Positions 46,877 to 57,368 of a stretch of DNA of 64,000 nt are shown here, piece by piece. The stretch's first letter is position 1, and each line of letters begins with the position of its first letter. Source of the stretch: Candidatus Omnitrophota bacterium (lineage in GTDB: Bacteria > Omnitrophota > Gorgyraeia > Duberdicusellales > 4484-171); the NCBI GenBank assembly GCA_021735445.1, contig JAIPHA010000002.1, positions 14,770 to 78,769 on the forward strand, written 5' to 3'. The notes below the pieces were generated by a model. That model saw nothing but the letters and a program-made list of their open reading frames with translations. It searched no databases and was not told where the DNA came from. Position numbers and translations under genes: made by a program.

Positions 46877-47630
46877 CCAACTTAGCTACTTTTTTCCCGG
46901 ATAAAAGCATCCCGCCAAATATCGGACCCATTCGTGGCGAACCAAAAACCGCATTCGCCGCCATCCCGGCTACAAATAAACCAGGACAAACTTCTTTTGT
47001 GTTTTTCTCCACTGTATTTTCAGCTTTTTCTGCCCACATTGATTTTTCACCTAAAACTTTTTTTGTTCTTGTTCTTAATTGTAAACCACTTTTGGCTTCT
47101 ACTACTTTTGTCACTTCTGTGGGATGGCCGGTTGCGTCAATTACAACTTTTGCCTCAATTGTCAACGGGTCTACGTGTAATTTTGCAACATTAGCTGCCG
47201 CCCAATTAATTACCAGGCCACAGACTTTTCCTTTTTTGACCATTATATCCTCTGCATAAATGCCATTTAAGATCGTCGCTTTCGCCTTTGTTGCCAAATA
47301 CCCCAAAGAACAAACAGTTTGCACTGCATCAGCTAAATAATAATCTTTTTTATATAATTTTGCGTCAACTCCAATTTCATCGAGAATTTTTTTAGCGGAT
47401 TTCTGAATAACTATTTCATTGAACATCATTCCGCCAGCCCACATGCCACCGCCAATAGAAAGTTTTTTCTCAAAAAGAACTGTTTTCTTCCCGGCTTTCG
47501 CTAAATAATAAGCAGCGATTAAACCGGCAGGGCCAGCACCTGCGATAGCTACATCAACTGATAAATTTTCTTTTAATTTTTTCTGATAAGAATCAATTAT
47601 AGCTTCAGAGATTATTACTTCATTCAACAT
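46857..47630 (-). CDS. thi4: Thiazole synthase Thi4 (His-type, sulfide-dependent class)
   Basis: GAGPAG, GGGMWAGGMMF, VIDATGH (His at the position of the yeast suicide Cys), PRMGPIFGGMLLSG. Confidence 0.88.
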   Translation of the reverse strand: MLNEVIISEAIIDSYQKKLKENLSVDVAIAGAGPAGLIAAYYLAKAGKKTVLFEKKLSIGGGMWAGGMMFNEIVIQKSAKKILDEIGVDAKLYKKDYYLADAVQTVCSLGYLATKAKATILNGIYAEDIMVKKGKVCGLVINWAAANVAKLHVDPLTIEAKVVIDATGHPTEVTKVVEAKSGLQLRTRTKKVLGEKSMWAEKAENTVEKNTKEVCPGLFVAGMAANAVFGSPRMGPIFGGMLLSGKKVAKLVAKKIK

Positions 47631-47739
47631 GACAACTCCTTTTAATTTATTTTTATAAATTTATATATTTATCTATTCTACATAAACTACTATCTAATAC
47701 AATATTTTTATCTAATTTTCCATATCTTATTAATGTTTA

Positions 47740-47799
47740 ACTATAGGAATCAACTATAGTTTCAGAAATTATTACTTCGTTTAATATGATAACTCCTTT
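47740..47799 (-). repeat. Relic duplicate of the thi4 ribosome-binding site and first ~17 codons
   Basis: 47749-47799 versus 47592-47642: 44/51 identical (hand count), with homology continuing ~9 nt further. ATG is replaced by ATA and the frame closes after 16 residues (ILNEVIISETIVDSYS*). Confidence 0.75.
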
Positions 47800-48961
47800 A
47801 TTTTTTTCCAAAAGGTGAAATTTCCCGCAGTTTTCCAATTATGGCAGGAATATTTTTATTTATATAATCTATTTCTTTGTCAGCATTGTACCGGCTTAAA
47901 CTAAATCGTACTGAACCTTGAATAAAAGTAACAGGAATACCCATCGATTTAAGCACATGGGAAGAAGTTAGAGACCCTGAGGTACAAGCAGAACCAGAAG
48001 AAGCGGCAATATTTTTTTCATCAAGTTTAAGTAAAATCGCTTCTCCTTCTACAAATTCAAACCCAATGTTTGAAGTGTTAGGCAATCTCTTTTTGCTGTC
48101 TCCATTCACTTTAGTATTTGAAACATTTTCTAAAATATAATTTTCCAACTTATCTCTTAATTTTTTTACTTTAGTTATCTCTTCCTTAATATTATTTTTC
48201 GCAAGTTCTGCTGCTACCCCTAAACCAACGATTGAGGCAACATTCTCAGTGCCTGCTCTTCGTCCATTTTCCTGGTGGCCCCCTACCATAAACGGAGAAA
48301 ATCTTGTACCTTTTCTTACGTATAAAGCCCCAACTCCTTTTGGACCATGCAGTTTATGTCCAGAAAGAGATAAAAAATCAACTGGAAGCTCTGTCATCTT
48401 AATTGGAATTTTGCCCACAGTTTGCACTGCATCGGTATGAAAAGTTATATCTCTTACTCTAGCGATTTCGGCAATTTCTGCAACCGGAAAAATTACTCCT
48501 GTTTCATTATTGGCATGCATAATCGAGATTAAAACCGTATCGTGATCGACTGCATTCTTTAATTCATTTATATCCAGTAAACCATCTGGACCTACATCTA
48601 AATAAGTAATTCGATAACCTACAGTCTCTAAGTATTTACAAAGATTCAAGACTGCGGGGTGTTCAACTTTAGTTGTAATGATGTGTTTTTTATCTGGGTA
48701 TGATCTTAAAGTGCTATTGATAGCTGTATTGTCACTTTCTGTCCCACAGCTTGTAAAAATAATTTCTGATGAATCAGCTGCTCCTATTAAACCGGCTACC
48801 TTTTTTCTTGCATCCTCGATGTATTTAACAATACTTCCTCCAAAATTGTGCATGCTAGAAGGATTTCCATAATTATCAGTTAGAAATGGGCGCATAGCCT
48901 GAAAAACTTCCGGAGCAACTTTAGTTGTTGCATTGTTATCTACATATATTATTTTTTCCAT
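47798..48961 (-). CDS. nifS: Cysteine desulfurase NifS
   Basis: 387 aa class I desulfurase, SLSGHKLHGPKG PLP-Lys motif, SSGSACTS active-site loop. Confidence 0.9.
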   Translation of the reverse strand: MEKIIYVDNNATTKVAPEVFQAMRPFLTDNYGNPSSMHNFGGSIVKYIEDARKKVAGLIGAADSSEIIFTSCGTESDNTAINSTLRSYPDKKHIITTKVEHPAVLNLCKYLETVGYRITYLDVGPDGLLDINELKNAVDHDTVLISIMHANNETGVIFPVAEIAEIARVRDITFHTDAVQTVGKIPIKMTELPVDFLSLSGHKLHGPKGVGALYVRKGTRFSPFMVGGHQENGRRAGTENVASIVGLGVAAELAKNNIKEEITKVKKLRDKLENYILENVSNTKVNGDSKKRLPNTSNIGFEFVEGEAILLKLDEKNIAASSGSACTSGSLTSSHVLKSMGIPVTFIQGSVRFSLSRYNADKEIDYINKNIPAIIGKLREISPFGKK

Positions 48962-48986
48962 GATTTATCTTTGAATTTTTGTGGAT

Positions 48987-49841
48987 TTATTTACGTACTT
49001 CAAATACTTTAATCTCAGGATCGACTAATTCTTTTAATCTTACCTCAACAAAATTTTTGAGAGTAAAACTTGAACTAGGACAACCAAGGCAAGTTCCTGA
49101 AAATTTCAAATAAACGTTATTTCTATCTACATCAATTAATTCTATATCTCCGCCGTCAGCCTTAAGTTGAGGACGAATCTCTCGTTTAATTGCTTTTGTA
49201 ATCAAAGATATTTTTTCTAAATTAGTTAATATTTTCTTCGGTTTTTTTTGCAATTTAGGCTTAGTAGCTTCTTTTTTCCAATACTCTTTGAGAATATTTT
49301 CTATATCCGGCCTACACTTACCGCAACCTCCACCAGCTTTTGTATAATTGGTAACTCCTTCAACAGTTTTAAGATTATTTTCTTTTACGGCGCTAATTAT
49401 TTTTTTGTCAGTTACGTTAAAACACTTACAAATTATCCTCTCTTTACCAACCTCCTTCTTGCTTGTTGCCCGACCCCGATAATTTTCAATGGCTGCTTCT
49501 AATGCTTCCATCCCCATAACTGAACAATGCATTTTTTCTTCCGGCAATCCACCCAAATACTTTGCAATATCTTTATTGGTAATTTTTGCAGCTTCTTTAA
49601 TTGTTTTACCTTTTATCATCTCAGTCAAGGCAGAAGAAGATGCTATAGCGCTTGCGCAGCCAAAAGTCTTAAACTTTGCATCCTTTATAACTTCGGTACT
49701 TTTATCAATACGCAAAGTAAGCTTGAGGGCATCTCCGCAAATAATGCTACCGACATCTCCTCTAGCATCAGGATTTTTAATCTCGCCAACATTGCGTGGA
49801 TTCTTAAATAATTCTTTTACTTTTTCCGTATAATTCCACAT
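48987..49841 (-). CDS. nifU: Fe-S cluster scaffold NifU (three-domain form)
   Basis: IscU-like N-terminus (GDVGSIICGD..FGCASAIASS..KMHCS), central BFD-like CKC..CGKC, C-terminal NifU domain GTCLGCPSS. Confidence 0.9.
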   Translation of the reverse strand: MWNYTEKVKELFKNPRNVGEIKNPDARGDVGSIICGDALKLTLRIDKSTEVIKDAKFKTFGCASAIASSSALTEMIKGKTIKEAAKITNKDIAKYLGGLPEEKMHCSVMGMEALEAAIENYRGRATSKKEVGKERIICKCFNVTDKKIISAVKENNLKTVEGVTNYTKAGGGCGKCRPDIENILKEYWKKEATKPKLQKKPKKILTNLEKISLITKAIKREIRPQLKADGGDIELIDVDRNNVYLKFSGTCLGCPSSSFTLKNFVEVRLKELVDPEIKVFEVRK

Positions 49842-49924
49842 AAATTACTTTTTTATTTTGTTATGGGCCGGGCTTAAGGCCACACCCTGGGTCTCAGCTA
49901 ACAACCTTCTTTTTCAAATATCTT

Positions 49925-50512
49925 TTATTTTTTAATTAGAAATATCGCATTTAAGGCTAACAAGTTGGGTAAGATTTTAATAACTTTATTTTTGGAAAGA
50001 TAAAATTTCTTCAATATTTTAATATTTTTTTCCCGGCAAAAATCTTTAAAGTCAATTATGCTTAAAAAATGTAAATTAGGCGTATTATACCAACGATAGG
50101 GCAAAGAAGAAGTGATGGGAACTTTGCCCTTTAAAAACAATCTTGACCTTGCTTTGAGTTGGGCAAAATTAGGAAAACCGACAATAACCTTTTTGCCAAT
50201 CCTTAAAGCTTCATCCACTACATGCTCTACGTCTTTTACTTCTTGCATGCTTTGATTTAAAATTACATAATCAAATGCATTGTCTGGATATCCCGACAGC
50301 CCGGTTTCAATATTACCGTGAAAAACGCTTAAGCCTTTCTCAACACAATTATAAATCGCAGCTTCGTTTAGCTCTATTCCTTGAGCCTTAACTTTCTTTT
50401 CTTTGACTAAAAAAGAAAGCAGTTCCCCGTCTCCACAGCCCAAATCTAAAACACGACTTTTTGGCTTAATAATTCGATAAATAATTCTATAATCTATGCG
50501 TTTACTTTTCAT
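49925..50512 (-). CDS. metW: Methionine biosynthesis protein MetW
   Basis: RVLDLGCGDGELL SAM-fold, ~195 aa. Overlaps the metX stop, the classic metXW arrangement. Start moved to ATG 50512. Confidence 0.8.
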   Translation of the reverse strand: MKSKRIDYRIIYRIIKPKSRVLDLGCGDGELLSFLVKEKKVKAQGIELNEAAIYNCVEKGLSVFHGNIETGLSGYPDNAFDYVILNQSMQEVKDVEHVVDEALRIGKKVIVGFPNFAQLKARSRLFLKGKVPITSSLPYRWYNTPNLHFLSIIDFKDFCREKNIKILKKFYLSKNKVIKILPNLLALNAIFLIKK

Positions 50513-51638
50513 TTTTTTTGTCTTTATATACACTTGACAGAAAATGTTTAATTAGATGAGTTTGTTCTCTTACTTCGAGCAAAAATGCATCATGGCCATA
50601 GGTAGAAGGAATTTCACAATAAGTTACCCCCACTCTTCTATATTTAAGCTGATTGACAATCTCTCTTGATTGATAAATAGGATAAAGCCAATCTGATTTA
50701 AATCCAATCACCATAAAGCGAGTCTCACTTTCATCTCCCTCTGTTACTAATTTTTCCCCTGATAAATCAAAATAATCCATTGCTTTTGTTATATAGAGAT
50801 ATGAATTGGGATCAAATCGCTTCACAAAACTATCCCCTTTATATTGCAGATACCCTTCAACTTCAAAATCTGTTTTAAAGGTATAGCTGTAATTTTTATT
50901 TTTCATCCTCCGGGAAAATTTTTTCTCCATTGACGCATCACTCATATAAGTAATATGGCCCATCATCCTGGCTACGGCTAAGCCTCGTTCCGGTTTAGCT
51001 CTGCCGTAATAATCTCCTTTTTGCCAATCAGGGTCAGCCATCACCGCTTGCCGGCCCACCTCGTCAAAAGCAATCTGCTGAGGTGAATGTTTCAGAGCAG
51101 TTGCAATCGGAATAGCTGAGCAAATATTGTTAGAATATGATTTAAACCACTGTAGAACTTGCATCCCGCCCATCGAACCACCGACTACAGATAATAATTT
51201 TTTAATTCTAAAGGAATCTATTAATTTCTTTTGAGCATTAACCATATCTGCAATAGTAATTATAGGAAAGTCCAGCCCATAGGGTTTATCTGTTTGGGGA
51301 TTAATTGAAGAAGGACCGGTTGAACCCTTGCAACCGCCTAGAATATTTGAACAAATTACAAAATATTTATCAGTATCAAAAGCCTTACCCGGGCCAATCA
51401 TCATATCCCACCAGCCTGGTTTTCTATCATCCTTATGAAACCCGGCTGCATGAGCATCACCGGATAATGCATGTAAAATTAATATGGCATTATCTTTTTT
51501 TTGATTAAGCTCTCCATAAGCCTCATAGGCTAATGTAATTGGCCCTAACTTCTGGCCAGAAGTTAAAACCAACTCTTCCGGCGGCTCAGCAAAAGTAAAA
51601 TATTTTACCGAAACTTCTCCAATGCCTTTACCTTTCAT
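50502..51638 (-). CDS. metX: Homoserine O-acetyltransferase
   Basis: Alpha/beta hydrolase with HALSGDAH, GGSMGGMQ nucleophile elbow, YGHDAFL. Start moved to ATG 51638 behind AAGAGG. Confidence 0.88.
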   Translation of the reverse strand: MKGKGIGEVSVKYFTFAEPPEELVLTSGQKLGPITLAYEAYGELNQKKDNAILILHALSGDAHAAGFHKDDRKPGWWDMMIGPGKAFDTDKYFVICSNILGGCKGSTGPSSINPQTDKPYGLDFPIITIADMVNAQKKLIDSFRIKKLLSVVGGSMGGMQVLQWFKSYSNNICSAIPIATALKHSPQQIAFDEVGRQAVMADPDWQKGDYYGRAKPERGLAVARMMGHITYMSDASMEKKFSRRMKNKNYSYTFKTDFEVEGYLQYKGDSFVKRFDPNSYLYITKAMDYFDLSGEKLVTEGDESETRFMVIGFKSDWLYPIYQSREIVNQLKYRRVGVTYCEIPSTYGHDAFLLEVREQTHLIKHFLSSVYKDKKNEK

Positions 51639-51650
51639 AATCAACCTCTT

Positions 51651-51673
51651 TATCACACCTACGCGGTGTGATA
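51651..51673. repeat. Related hairpin (between cysK and metX)
   Basis: TATCACACC-TACGC-GGTGTGATA, 9-bp stem; shares the CACCTACG-GGTG core. Confidence 0.6.
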
Positions 51674-51679
51674 ATATTT

Positions 51680-52606
51680 TTACTTAAATATGGACCAGAC
51701 TGATAAGTATCTTTCTCCGGTGTCCGGTAAAACTGTGACAATAGTTTTACCTTTTGATTCTTGCCTTTTTGCCACCTCAAGCGCCGCCCAGATAGCTGCT
51801 CCGCTTGAAATACCTGCCAGTATCCCTTCTTCTTTTGCTAATTTTTTAGCAAATTTTCCACTGGCTTGATCCGGCACTTTTATCAGCTCATCAATTAAAC
51901 TTTGATCTAAAACCTCTGGGACAAAACCAGCTCCAATCCCTTGAATCTTATGCGGACCGGATTCTTCTCCGGACAAAATTGCTGAAGCACTGGGCTCTAA
52001 AGCAATAATCTTAACTGAATCTTTTTGTTCTTTCAAATATTTCCCTGCACCTGTAATTGTACCACCTGTGCCAACACCAGCAATAAAAATATCGATTCTG
52101 CCGTCTGTGTCCTGCCAAATTTCTGGACCGGTCGCCTGATAATGAATTTCTGGATTAGCAGGATTCTTAAACTGCTGAGGCATAAAACTATTTTCAGCAT
52201 TTTCTGCCAACCTCTCAGCTTCGGCAACTGCTCCTTCCATACCCTTAGCCCCTTCGGTTAATATCAGTTCTGCTCCTAAATGCTGAAGCAATTGCCTACG
52301 TTCGATACTCATTGTATCCGGCATAGTTAATATTAACCTATAACCTTTAGCAGCACAAACAAAAGCCAAAGCAATGCCAGTATTGCCACTGGTTGGTTCA
52401 ATAACCACTGAATCCTTATTGAGCTTGCCTTCAGCTTCAGCTTTTTCAATCATTACCACTGCGATTCTATCTTTAATACTGGATAAAGGATTAAAGGATT
52501 CGATTTTTGCGAAAACTTCTATATCTAAATCTTTAGTTAATTTGTTTATCCTAACCAAAGGGGTATTCCCTATGGTTTTTGTAATACTTTGATAAATTTT
52601 TCCCAT
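51680..52606 (-). CDS. cysK: Cysteine synthase A (O-acetylserine sulfhydrylase)
   Basis: NPLSSIKDR PLP-Lys motif, TSGNTGIAL, GTGGTITG. Confidence 0.9.
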   Translation of the reverse strand: MGKIYQSITKTIGNTPLVRINKLTKDLDIEVFAKIESFNPLSSIKDRIAVVMIEKAEAEGKLNKDSVVIEPTSGNTGIALAFVCAAKGYRLILTMPDTMSIERRQLLQHLGAELILTEGAKGMEGAVAEAERLAENAENSFMPQQFKNPANPEIHYQATGPEIWQDTDGRIDIFIAGVGTGGTITGAGKYLKEQKDSVKIIALEPSASAILSGEESGPHKIQGIGAGFVPEVLDQSLIDELIKVPDQASGKFAKKLAKEEGILAGISSGAAIWAALEVAKRQESKGKTIVTVLPDTGERYLSVWSIFK

Positions 52607-52676
52607 TTATTTCTCCATATTTGATGAACAATGAATCGGTTAATCAAAAGTTACCCACCGCTCATTAATTAACTAA

Positions 52677-54002
<1,326 letters not shown>

Positions 54003-54020
54003 TTAGCCGGTACCTATGTT

Positions 54021-55007
54021 TTAAATTATAAATAATCTGTATTTATTATTTTCGGGCATTTCAGCCTTAGCAATTTCATTAATTTTCTCTTTACCATTCA
54101 TTATGCTTATCTTAAAATCTTGATCTGCTGAGCTGTATCTGGTAATAATTTTAGTACATAATTCTTTAATTGATTGATTAATTTTCCCTCTTCCTAACCC
54201 AGTCGGGCCTGATTGCTCTATCGGTTTAAATAGATAATCATCTTCTTTTTTTAAATACTCAAGTTGTTGGTTTTCTTTTTCATTCCTGCCTACGATAAAC
54301 TTAAAGGAAGGATTAAATCTAAAATGCCTTCCTACTTTAAGAAGCTCGATATTATCTAAATTAAATTGGCCCTTTTTTATAATATCTTGAAGGCGACGCG
54401 AAAAACCTGCATCAGTTAATAAACATCCTCCTCCTGCCCACAAATAATTTTTTATTTTATATTTATTAGCAAGTTCAAGCTGAATTTTCCTGCTTCTTCC
54501 AGAAATTGATAATAAATAATTCCTTTTGACCCACCCTTTTTTTTCAGGAATAGTCTCTGGAAATAATTTTGCCGAAAGCGGACGCAATATTAAACCTTCA
54601 AGGCCCGATTCTCTTTCTACATTAAATAAAGCTTTTCGATGTTGAGACATTGGCCGTTGGCCCAAAACCTCACCGGTAATTACAAAAGATGCTCCAATTT
54701 TTTCCATATATTCCTTTGCTTTTTTCAATATATATATCCTGCAATCAATACACGGATTCAAATTTTTTCCAAATCCATATTTTGGATTTTTGATAATTGA
54801 TAAATAACTTTCATCTAAAATTTTATTTTCAAACTTTATTCCCAGCTGCTTTGAAATTTTATTAAGAAGTTTTTCTTTTTGATTTTCCGAACAAGCAGAA
54901 AAATGATTATCAAAATGTAGAGCTGCTACCTCAATACCTTGCTCTTTAATCAATTTAGCAGCCAAAATACTATCTAGGCCCCCTGATAATAATGCTACTG
55001 CCCTCAT
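54021..55007 (-). CDS. ThiI-like PP-loop ATP pyrophosphatase (no THUMP domain)
   Basis: SGGLDS PP-loop at the N-terminus, PCIDCR, ITGEVLGQRPMSQ resembling the ThiI GESLGQVASQ segment. Confidence 0.65.
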   Translation of the reverse strand: MRAVALLSGGLDSILAAKLIKEQGIEVAALHFDNHFSACSENQKEKLLNKISKQLGIKFENKILDESYLSIIKNPKYGFGKNLNPCIDCRIYILKKAKEYMEKIGASFVITGEVLGQRPMSQHRKALFNVERESGLEGLILRPLSAKLFPETIPEKKGWVKRNYLLSISGRSRKIQLELANKYKIKNYLWAGGGCLLTDAGFSRRLQDIIKKGQFNLDNIELLKVGRHFRFNPSFKFIVGRNEKENQQLEYLKKEDDYLFKPIEQSGPTGLGRGKINQSIKELCTKIITRYSSADQDFKISIMNGKEKINEIAKAEMPENNKYRLFII

Positions 55008-55061
55008 TTACACCCACTCCTCAAAAATTATATTTATTTTTCTATTTCTGCAAATAAATAA

Positions 55062-55090
55062 ATTGTAACTCATATTGCGATATTATTCAA
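55062..55090 (-). promoter_or_regulatory. Candidate promoter for the thiI-like/metY/cysK/metXW run
   Basis: Minus strand TTGAAT (55090-55085), 17-nt spacer, TACAAT (55067-55062). Confidence 0.35.
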
Positions 55091-55169
55091 TTTAAAACTC
55101 TAAATCTCATTTCCATAACTTCTAAAACAGCCTCTCCTGTAATGATAATCAAACGAAATAATTGGAGAT

Positions 55170-55979
55170 TTATGTATTTACTTTTTGGCCAGTTTTCTCT
55201 TGGTAGGCATTAAGTACTCGTTCAGCAACTTCAGCTGCTTTTTTACCTGATTCAAGCATCCCGCCAAAAGTGGGTCCCATTCGCGGCACCCCGTAAAAAC
55301 TAGATACTGCCATGCCGGTAATGATTAAGCCGGGATGAATTTGGCCAGTTTTAGCAACCACTAAGCTTTCTGAGCTCCCCACATCCATGGGGCCAAAATC
55401 TTCCATAGTTACAATCTTTCTCTTGCTCAGTGATTTACAAACAAAAGCATCGTGCCCGGTTGCATCAATAACTATTTTCGATTCTAGGCAAATTGGGTCT
55501 GCACAAGTAATTTGCCGTGGCAAAGCAGAAACAGGGGTCCAATTAATAACTACTCCTTCTACTCTATTATTTCTATAAACTACATCATCAAATTTGGTCA
55601 TATTTAAAATCCTAGCTCCTGCTTTATTAGTTTCCCAAATAAGTTTGGAGCAGGCCGCAGGCCCAGATGCAGTAAATAATCCTTCTTCTGCCTTTTTATA
55701 AGGTATCTCTAGTTCAGAAAGAATTTTTTCCGACGGGGATCTAAAGGTGAGTGAGTTCATTAAATAACCCCCAATCCAAAACCCTCCTCCTAAATAATTA
55801 TTAGACTCAATAATCAAAATTTTGTAATTTTTATTAGCTAACTGGCGTCCAGCCATCAACCCACTGGGCCCCCCTCCAATAATAATTACATCTGATTTTA
55901 TATACTCTTGGATAAACTTATTAAATTCACTCGTTATTGCTTTAGTTATACCTGCTTCGCTTACTGGGCTAAATTCCAT
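55170..55979 (-). CDS. Divergent Thi4-like flavoprotein (second paralogue, His-type)
   Basis: GGGPSG, GGGFWIGGYLM, VIDATGH, PRMGPTFGGMLESG. Clearly related to, but far from identical with, the ORF at 46857-47630. Confidence 0.75.
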   Translation of the reverse strand: MEFSPVSEAGITKAITSEFNKFIQEYIKSDVIIIGGGPSGLMAGRQLANKNYKILIIESNNYLGGGFWIGGYLMNSLTFRSPSEKILSELEIPYKKAEEGLFTASGPAACSKLIWETNKAGARILNMTKFDDVVYRNNRVEGVVINWTPVSALPRQITCADPICLESKIVIDATGHDAFVCKSLSKRKIVTMEDFGPMDVGSSESLVVAKTGQIHPGLIITGMAVSSFYGVPRMGPTFGGMLESGKKAAEVAERVLNAYQEKTGQKVNT

Positions 55980-56033
55980 TTTCTGCCTCCTTAAGTATGA
56001 TTAACATTTTATAGACTAAAATAAATAAACACT

Positions 56034-56062
56034 ATTTAAACATAACAAAACATACCTGTCAA
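56034..56062 (-). promoter_or_regulatory. Candidate promoter for the second Thi4-like gene
   Basis: Minus strand TTGACA (56062-56057), 17-nt spacer, TTAAAT (56039-56034). Leader of ~50 nt ends in AAGGAGG. Confidence 0.35.
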
Positions 56063-56115
56063 TATAATTTACATATAACCTACAAACTCTATTTGTATGT
56101 AGAAAACAAAAAAAA

Positions 56116-56433
56116 TCACTCTTTCTTTTTCTTTTCTTGTTTATAGACCGAACACTTATCCCTTTCTTGAGGAGGACATTTTTTTATTTGCCAACAAAGA
56201 TCTTGTCCGAGAACTTTTTTCGCACCTTCTATGTTTAGGCCTTCTTTTTGAATCAATTTTTTTATTCTCCGTAATCTGTCTAGGTCACATTTAGAATAAA
56301 ATCTGTTTTTTCCCAAACGAGTTGGTTTGATTAAGTTTTTCTTCTCCCAAATCCGTAAAGTTGCCGGACAAACTTCAATTAATTTTGCCGCAATTCCAAT
56401 TTGATAAACCGGTTCTTTATAACTTTCTTCCAT
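56116..56433 (-). CDS. MerR family transcriptional regulator with C-terminal Cys triad
   Basis: HTH YQIGIAAKLIEVCPATLRIWEKKNLIKP. C-terminal CWQIKKCPPQERDKC. Confidence 0.75.
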   Translation of the reverse strand: MEESYKEPVYQIGIAAKLIEVCPATLRIWEKKNLIKPTRLGKNRFYSKCDLDRLRRIKKLIQKEGLNIEGAKKVLGQDLCWQIKKCPPQERDKCSVYKQEKKKKE

Positions 56434-56447
56434 GGTTAATTAAACAC

Positions 56448-57368
56448 CTAACTCAAATCTAGCATCGCTTGAATGCTTTTTTGCCCCTTTTGGATTATTT
56501 CCTTATCTATTTTAACTTCATAGCTTAAATCTTCAAGAGCCCAAAGAACTTTTTCTAAATTGGTTTTTTTCATATTAGGACAAACCGCTTCTTCTTTGGC
56601 TGGATAAAATTCTTTATTGGGAACTTCTTTTTTTAAAGGATAAACCATCCCTGGTTCTGTACCTACAATGATCTCTTTTGCCGCTGTCTTTTTAGCAAAT
56701 TTAATCATCCCCGAGGTAGAAAGAACTTCATCAGCTAAGGCAATAGTCTCTGGACGGCACTCAGGATGGACCATCACTTTTGCTTCTGGATAGGTTTCTT
56801 TCTGCTTGATAATATCTTTTGGCATAATTCTTGCATGAGTGGGGCAATACCCTTGCCAAATTATAAAATCACGTTTAGTTTGACTTGCGGTATACTGGCC
56901 TAAAAATTTATCCGGCACAAATATGATTTGATCATCTTTGCCAAATGCTTTCTCAACCACTTTGACCGAATTTGCAGAAGTACAACAAAGATCGGATTCA
57001 GCTTTTACTTCAGCCGGACTGTTAACATAGGTTAATACTTTGGCCTGCGGATGTTTAGCTTTTAATTCCATTAACTGCTCAGCCGTTATCATATCTGCCA
57101 TCGGACAGCCTGCATCTTTTTCCGGAATTATTACTTTCTTCTCAGGGGAAAGAATTTTTGCAGTTTCAGCCATAAAATAAACACCACAAAAAATGATGAT
57201 ATCTGCTTCAGTTTCAGCGGCTTTTCTGCTTAAACCCAGGGAATCTCCCATAAAATCTGCTATATCTTGGACTTCCGGTATTTGATAATTATGAACTAGA
57301 ATTACAACATTTTTTTCTTTTTTTAATTTTTTAATTTTATCAACTATCTCCACTATAAACCTCCTCAA
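56448..57368 (-). CDS. nadA: Quinolinate synthase
   Basis: 306 aa, ILVHNYQ start, three-fold repeat with Cys ligands (GCPMA, YCPTHA, VCPNMK). Confidence 0.9.
   Translation of the reverse strand: MRRFIVEIVDKIKKLKKEKNVVILVHNYQIPEVQDIADFMGDSLGLSRKAAETEADIIIFCGVYFMAETAKILSPEKKVIIPEKDAGCPMADMITAEQLMELKAKHPQAKVLTYVNSPAEVKAESDLCCTSANSVKVVEKAFGKDDQIIFVPDKFLGQYTASQTKRDFIIWQGYCPTHARIMPKDIIKQKETYPEAKVMVHPECRPETIALADEVLSTSGMIKFAKKTAAKEIIVGTEPGMVYPLKKEVPNKEFYPAKEEAVCPNMKKTNLEKVLWALEDLSYEVKIDKEIIQKGQKSIQAMLDLS

Noticed and set aside
47631-47748. Looked for a TPP riboswitch upstream of thi4 (and at 55980-56115 upstream of the second Thi4-like gene)
   Set aside because: Neither leader contains the conserved CUGAGA / ACCUGAUCUGGAUAAUGCCAGCG-type cores. 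The sequence is almost pure A/T with promoter-like hexamers only. A covariance-model scan would be needed for certainty.
47798-47815. Possible +1 frameshift at GGA AAA AAA TAA A at the end of nifS that would read into the relic thi4-like frame
   Set aside because: The A-run next to the stop and the open +1 frame are real. However, the extension would add only ~20 residues of a foreign N-terminal peptide, there is no stimulatory SD-like element at the right distance, and a duplication scar explains the sequence more simply.
49864-49897. GC-rich island (GGGCCGGGCTTAAGGCCACACCCTGGGTCTCAGC) in the AT-rich spacer between metW and nifU
   Set aside because: It stands out compositionally, but I could not fold it into a convincing stem-loop or match it to the CCACCT hairpin family or to any regulatory motif. 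Left unassigned.
52607-52676. Looked for SAM riboswitch or T-box leaders in front of cysK, metY, metX and nifU (52607-52676, 53976-54020, 51639-51679, 49842-49924)
   Set aside because: The gaps are too short (33-83 nt) and lack the conserved helices and specifier/T-box sequences. Only the hairpin at 51651-51673 and ribosome-binding sites are present.
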